Assembly: GCF_020745735.1 (NCBI RefSeq) | Contig: NC_083418.1 | Span: 62,203,776-62,267,775 of the forward strand | DNA from: Hemiscyllium ocellatum | Lineage: Eukaryota | DNA length: 64,000 nt | Direction of reading: 5' to 3' | In this document: piece after piece, positions 58,995 to 64,000 of the stretch | Layout: each line of letters starts with the position of its first letter | Position numbering within the stretch: position 1 is the first letter of the stretch | The notes under the pieces: model-generated | Told to the model about the DNA's origin: nothing | What the model saw: the letters and a program-made list of their open reading frames with translations, nothing else | Databases searched by the model: none | Program-made: the position numbers and the translations under genes

Positions 58995-61900
58995 AGTAGA
59001 TTATGAGGTGGAATTCATACTTATTGAATTTATGAACCTTTCATTCCCCTGGGCTCTGTTATTCCTTCAAATAGTTATTGGTTACATCTGTGGAGAGCTG
59101 TTTAGAGCAGCTTGGTACAAGGAATTGCTTCAAATCTTTCCTGGAGTGCAAGATTTTTGGATATATTGGGAAAAATCTAAAAATGCTGCAGCAGATGGAA
59201 AAAAATCTCCCTCAAATGTTCTCCTCTAAAGACCTCTGAGGTCTTCAAATTCTTTCCTGTTTAGAATTCGATTTTTAGCCGCAAGTTTCAACTTGGGCGG
59301 AGAATGCATCTATATCACAAAATTTTATCCTCCTTTGTAATGAAAGATACCAAGGCTATTGTGCCAGCAGTAGAATCCCATTGAGGTCAGTGGTCCCCAT
59401 TTACTCTGTTTGGAATGTCAGTGATGAGGAATCATGAGTTGAAAACTGCTGTTAATAAAGTGGGACAGAGATTAGCAAAAAATATATTATACAGAAGGTT
59501 GTTAGAACATATACGGAATGCTTTGCTACAGGATGCAGTTGTGGCACGATCAGTTATTTAAAAAAAAGGTTAATAAGTAATTGAAATAGAGAATAATACG
59601 GAACAGTGGAGAGAGAGTAAGAACAGCAAACAATTAGATTAAACTGTCTCACTGTATCTTTTAGGGGAAAAGAAATCATTTTACTGATTGCCTGTTTTCC
59701 TTTCCTGAAATGTCTTAGAATAATTCAGATAATATGAAACTTCAACTTAGAATAAAAATTGTCTCTACTTATAATGATGGGCATGTCTTAATTCTTACCT
59801 AATGCAAAATTGGGATGATTTGATGGCTGTAATCCAGTCTTTGGTGTCCAGTCCAGTTCTTTGTGAAGCATTTTCAGAGTTTCATTGTGCTGTAGTAAAT
59901 GACACTTCTGTGAGCTTGTTACAATAAATCATCACAAAAAAAGCTGATGAACATGAAGAAATGCACACTTGAATCTGATTATTTCTGTGTGCATTATATA
60001 GTGAGCTGATCAGTTCCAAAAATTAGTTAAGAACTAGAATTCTCACTATTCTGTAATCTTATGATTTTAATAAACGTCAAATGACTCTCCCTGATTCTTT
60101 CATCTACTTTATAATGAACTTTGCCAAGTGTTACATTTATCTGTGGTTGTTGCTGTATAAAGAGCTCTTCTAAGAAAGGGAATTGACAGATGCCTACACT
60201 TTGTCAGTTCAACCACAGATAGAAAAGGTCTGTGCCTTATTTAATTCATCACAATTTAACTCTTCTTCAAGATTTTGGTATTTAGATTTGTGCATTTACA
60301 GCTTATCTTTTTATGTTTAAATATTAAGATACCATTTTTATTGTGGCTCAGAAAATGATGTCCTAGGTCATTGGCTGTTTTGGGTGCAAGTTGTAGCTTG
60401 AGGTCAACTAATGAGAAATATTTAGTGCTCTTATTTCATATTCAATAAGATCATCATGCGATCAGAAGTTCTTAAAAAACAATAGCTCTTAAGAGACAAA
60501 TAGTCACTTTAAAACAACTGCTGGTAAAAGCGGAAGTGGACAAGGTTGAGTACTGCCTCATTTGGAGGTAGTGCAGGGAAATGTGGCTTATTTTTGCAGA
60601 TGAGAAGTGTCCTGCAATAAATAGCAATTTCAAAGGAACATGTGTCAATGTTATTTTACCTGAAGCCAAAACATGGGAATAGTGAGGAAGAAATCGTGAA
60701 TTCTACTTGCGTGCAGCATTTTCCTATAACTGACAGTATTACAACAGTTTAATAAGACATGTAACTTGATTGTTATCTGTGGTGTCTGAAATAGTTGGCT
60801 GTGACATATTTGGGACAACATAAGACATGCATTATATAAATCATTATATAGAAAAATAGCTCTAGCTCCTGATAAACAATAAATCAGTTCCATTTGCTCT
60901 CACATTCTTTCAGAATTATTTGCACAACACATTGGTACAGTCAGGGAGTTGATCACTTACCTGGTAACAGTTTGTTGTTCAGGATATCATTTGCCACTCT
61001 TGGAAGTCAGTTGTCACTTCAACAAAGATATAAATCATGTAATTGATGAAAAAGGTTTTGCAGGTAGTTTTTCATGGAAGTTTTGAAAAAGCTCTACAGC
61101 AGTTTGTATGTTGTCAGTAACAGAAGTCAAAACAATCGATGATAAGAATGTTTCCTGTTACAAAACCACTAGGTTTTGCATAAACCATTCAGATTGCCGA
61201 TGTAAACATTTTATGCTGGTTCATTTGAGATTCCCCAGAGAACAGATTTGCAGAAGTTGGGGTTTTTCTCTATTACAGATTTGAACTGTTATTTTTTAAA
61301 ATGCTAGACAGCATGCTTTGCGATGCAACATCCTGGTTTTGTTGTTAAAAAGCACTCGGAATTTCAGAAACCCATCAGTGTAGTATTTGATGTTCTACTT
61401 TACTTTGGGATTTTCTCAGTTAAAATACTAGAAATGTATTTTAATCAGTTCCATTTCATCATCTTTATGGATAAATCACAAACACATCAATAAATAACAA
61501 GGAATTGGGAACCTGTAATTCTCAATATAAGTTCTATTGGAATCAATTTAAGCAGTTCTGTTTAATATTTTTATCCAATCAGTTTTGTTATCTGCATTCA
61601 CATAACCTAATGCAACACTTACAAAAGCAAACTTCAAGTGAAAGAAAATGCCCAAGAAATTTGATAACATCACAACAATAATTCAGACCCAAAGTAGGTA
61701 ACTCAGCATCTAATATAGTGGGCAGGGAGTGCCAATCATCAGATACATTGGCTGAGACAGCCCTGGCTATGATACCTACTGGAACGTAGGTATCGATTTA
61801 AAATATTCACACTTCAGCTGTGTATTTGTTTTAGAGCCAATCTGTTAGATGGCTTTAAAAAATCTGTCATGGTTGAATAATTGGCATGCAGTGGGTAAAA

Positions 61901-62142
61901 TGTTAAGTGTAGATTGTAATCACGGTGGGAGTGAATATAATTTTAAAAATGAAATGAATTGTGATGAAGTGATTGTAGGAAAGTGAAAGAAAATGGGGAG
62001 GAGCGTATTGTGACTAGTGAGTTTGGAGGCATGAGCCGAGAGTTAGATATCAAGACTTTTACCTTGGTAATTGTAGTAATTTAATTGTTTCCTACCCCTC
62101 GACCATTGTCATGTCCTGGAAGTTAAGTTGGTAGGCTGAACA

Positions 62143-62364
62143 ACAGACGGTGGTACATGTATGGAATGAGCTGCCTGGGGATGTGGTGGAGGCTGGTACA
62201 ATTGCAACATTTAAGAGCATTTGGATGGGTATATGAATAAAAAGGGTTTGGAGGGATATGGGCCGGGTGCTGGCAGGTGGGACTAGATTGGGTTAGGTAA
62301 CAGGTCGGCATGGACGGGTTGGATCGAAGGGTCTGTTTCCATGCTGTACATCTCTATGACTCTA
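62143..62364 (+). mobile_element. CR1-type LINE 3' end
   Basis: Close match to 58780-58994 (GGAATGAGCTGCC...CTCTATGACTCTAA). Confidence 0.85.
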
Positions 62365-63098
62365 ATTCAATTGGCAAAGATTTAACTGAGACTTTCAGTG
62401 CCAAGCAGGGAACAGGATCTCCTTTGTTTTGTCCACTTTACCAGGATCTCTAAGTGGCCTGTCTGGACCACTTAGAGCCAGATTAACTGTTTGAAAATGA
62501 TTCTTTCTAAAGCCAAAATACACCTCTCCTTTAATGTCAAAAATATCCAATTTCCTGACAAAAACTTATGATGCCCATGTATGCAATTTTTGTAGTCCAT
62601 CTTTCGTTATTCCATCACTGGGTGTGCTTTCGAACTCTCTGCAGACAGAATTCATGATGAACCATAAATTTTTATTTTCTTTTCTTTTGATTTAAAGTTT
62701 ATTTGTTATATTTCAGTTTTTTAAAAATAAATTTCATTTATATGTTACAATCTTTATTTCCCTGACTGTAAGATGATTAACAAATGAAGGGGAATCTGTG
62801 TGTTTAACTTCCTGGTGTACTGTCAGTGAAAATTCTTTAGTGGGATTTGCTGCTTAGCCTGTTAGTTGACAGAATTGTTGCTAGACAATGGAGAACTCCT
62901 TTGTTTATGGCAGATTAAAATTAATGTTGAAAGACGTGAAATACTTGTCACAGAGATCTGTAGATCTTTGTGGACTACTTTCTTAGAAATTAGTGATAAA
63001 TAAGCCCTGGCACCTCACCACTGACCACAAATCCATTTGTTTTATTGTAGCTAACTCTGTGCCTATTTTGTATTCTAGATGAAATACCTACATTAGAC

Positions 63099-63228
63099 AT
63101 GCCAGCAGTGTTGGGATCACAAATTATGGGGGAAGGAAGAACAGCCTTTGATGCTCTGGAAAAATTTTGCAGCAGTCATGAACAAACATATGCTGAATTC
63201 TTAGAATCATTTATGCACCTCAAAAAAG
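63099..63228 (+). CDS. IFTAP: First coding exon of intraflagellar transport-associated protein (C11orf74/NWC); the remaining exons lie beyond the window
   Basis: Acceptor TTTTGTATTCTAG| at 63078 and donor AAG|GTAAG at 63228/63229 (phase 1). Encodes MPAVLGSQIMGEGRTAFDALEKFCSSHEQTYAEFLESFMHLKK, matching the recalled human N-terminus [34 protein letters not shown]. Position and orientation next to RAG2 are the expected synteny. Confidence 0.85.
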
Positions 63229-63602
63229 GTAAGCTTTGTCAGGAGGTGAGTTTTAAGTAATGGATAAAGATGAGCAAAGTGTAGAGGAGTCAAGTCCACT
63301 TTGTGCACAATTGGCAATTCCAGTGCAAGTTATGTCCAAAGGTTTGCTTGTTTTAGGAAGTGATCCTTATCCTCAATTTCTGCTCGAATCAGTTTGCATA
63401 CTGCTTACACGGAATCTGCAATGAACCAGCATAATTAGGCAGCAAGTTAAATGGCAATCTACAAGGATGCTATAAATGTTATTCTTTGATTTATTTTTGA
63501 AAATGACTTGATACATTTTGAGTATAACTTAAAATGGATTATCATAAAACCAGTATAAATCACAGCATCAATTCACTACTTGTCCCTAACCTGATTTTAA
63601 AC

Positions 63603-64000
63603 TAGGAGGAGAAAGTGAGGTCTGCAGATGCTGGAGATCAGAGCTGAAAATGTGTTGCCGGAAAAGCGCAGCAGGTCAGGCAGCATTCAAGGAACAGGAG
63701 ATTCGACGTTTCGGACATAAGCTCTTCTCATGCTGAGATGAGTTTGATGGGGCAGGAGCAGGCTGAGACAATGGGTCGGCCGGGGCAGTCAGGTTTGTGG
63801 ATTTTGGGCAGGAGGTAGAAACAGGAGGTGCGGGGTTGTGGGACTGAGGTTGGAGGCGGTGGGTGGAACATCCCCTGAGGTGATGAGGTTATGGATGGTC
63901 TGAGAGAGGATGGTTTGATCATCTCCCAGACCATCCATAACCTCATCACCTCAGGGGATCTTCCATCCACCGCTTCCAACCTCATAGTCCCACAACCCTG
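63603..64000 (-). mobile_element. PLE fragment (terminal repeat and RT piece) with an inverted duplication, running off the window
   Basis: ORF 63728-63985 (-) contains FYLLPKIHKPDCPGRPIVSAC, a PLE RT motif. 63831-63907 and 63922-64000 are inverted repeats. The hammerhead is truncated and has lost CTGATGA. Confidence 0.8.

Noticed and set aside
61771-61794. 9-bp perfect hairpin GATACCTAC/TGGAAC/GTAGGTATC
   Set aside because: Several stems of this length are expected by chance in 64 kb, and there is no supporting context.
1-64000. Remnant RAG-transposon TIRs or consensus 12/23 RSS
   Set aside because: I checked the CACAGTG/CACTGTG hits I found (including 8350, 10328, 10817, 17894, 32456, 39146, 51123) and the GGTTTTTGT near 52245. 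None has a properly spaced good partner motif. A full RIC scan was not run.

Overview
Elasmobranch (shark) genomic DNA containing the RAG locus; HE1-type SINEs support the taxon, but the species cannot be determined from sequence alone. RAG1 (1392-4538, +, 1048 aa) and RAG2 (33333-31774, -, 519 aa from the true ATG) have intronless coding regions, converge, and are separated by 27,235 bp rich in retroelement relics. A third gene missed by the ORF track overlaps the RAG2 upstream region. It is IFTAP (C11orf74/NWC), with its first coding exon at 63079-63228 (+). Its candidate promoter and first exon at about 38850-39010 carry two inverted ZNF143/SBS motifs, a consensus RFX X-box and a GTAAG donor, followed by a ~1.66 kb G-rich, quadruplex-prone ~40-bp tandem array. 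The rest is CR1-type LINE, RTE LINE, HE1 SINE, DeuSINE-like and Tigger-like MITE fragments, plus many Penelope-like element (PLE) pieces. The PLE terminal repeats carry minimal hammerhead ribozyme motifs, four of which are intact by inspection, two of them in a near-perfect 133-bp-arm palindrome. Nearly all short ORFs in the track are repeat-derived or spurious. Comparisons with human or mouse proteins and repeat consensi are from memory and need confirming by alignment. Repeat boundaries are approximate.
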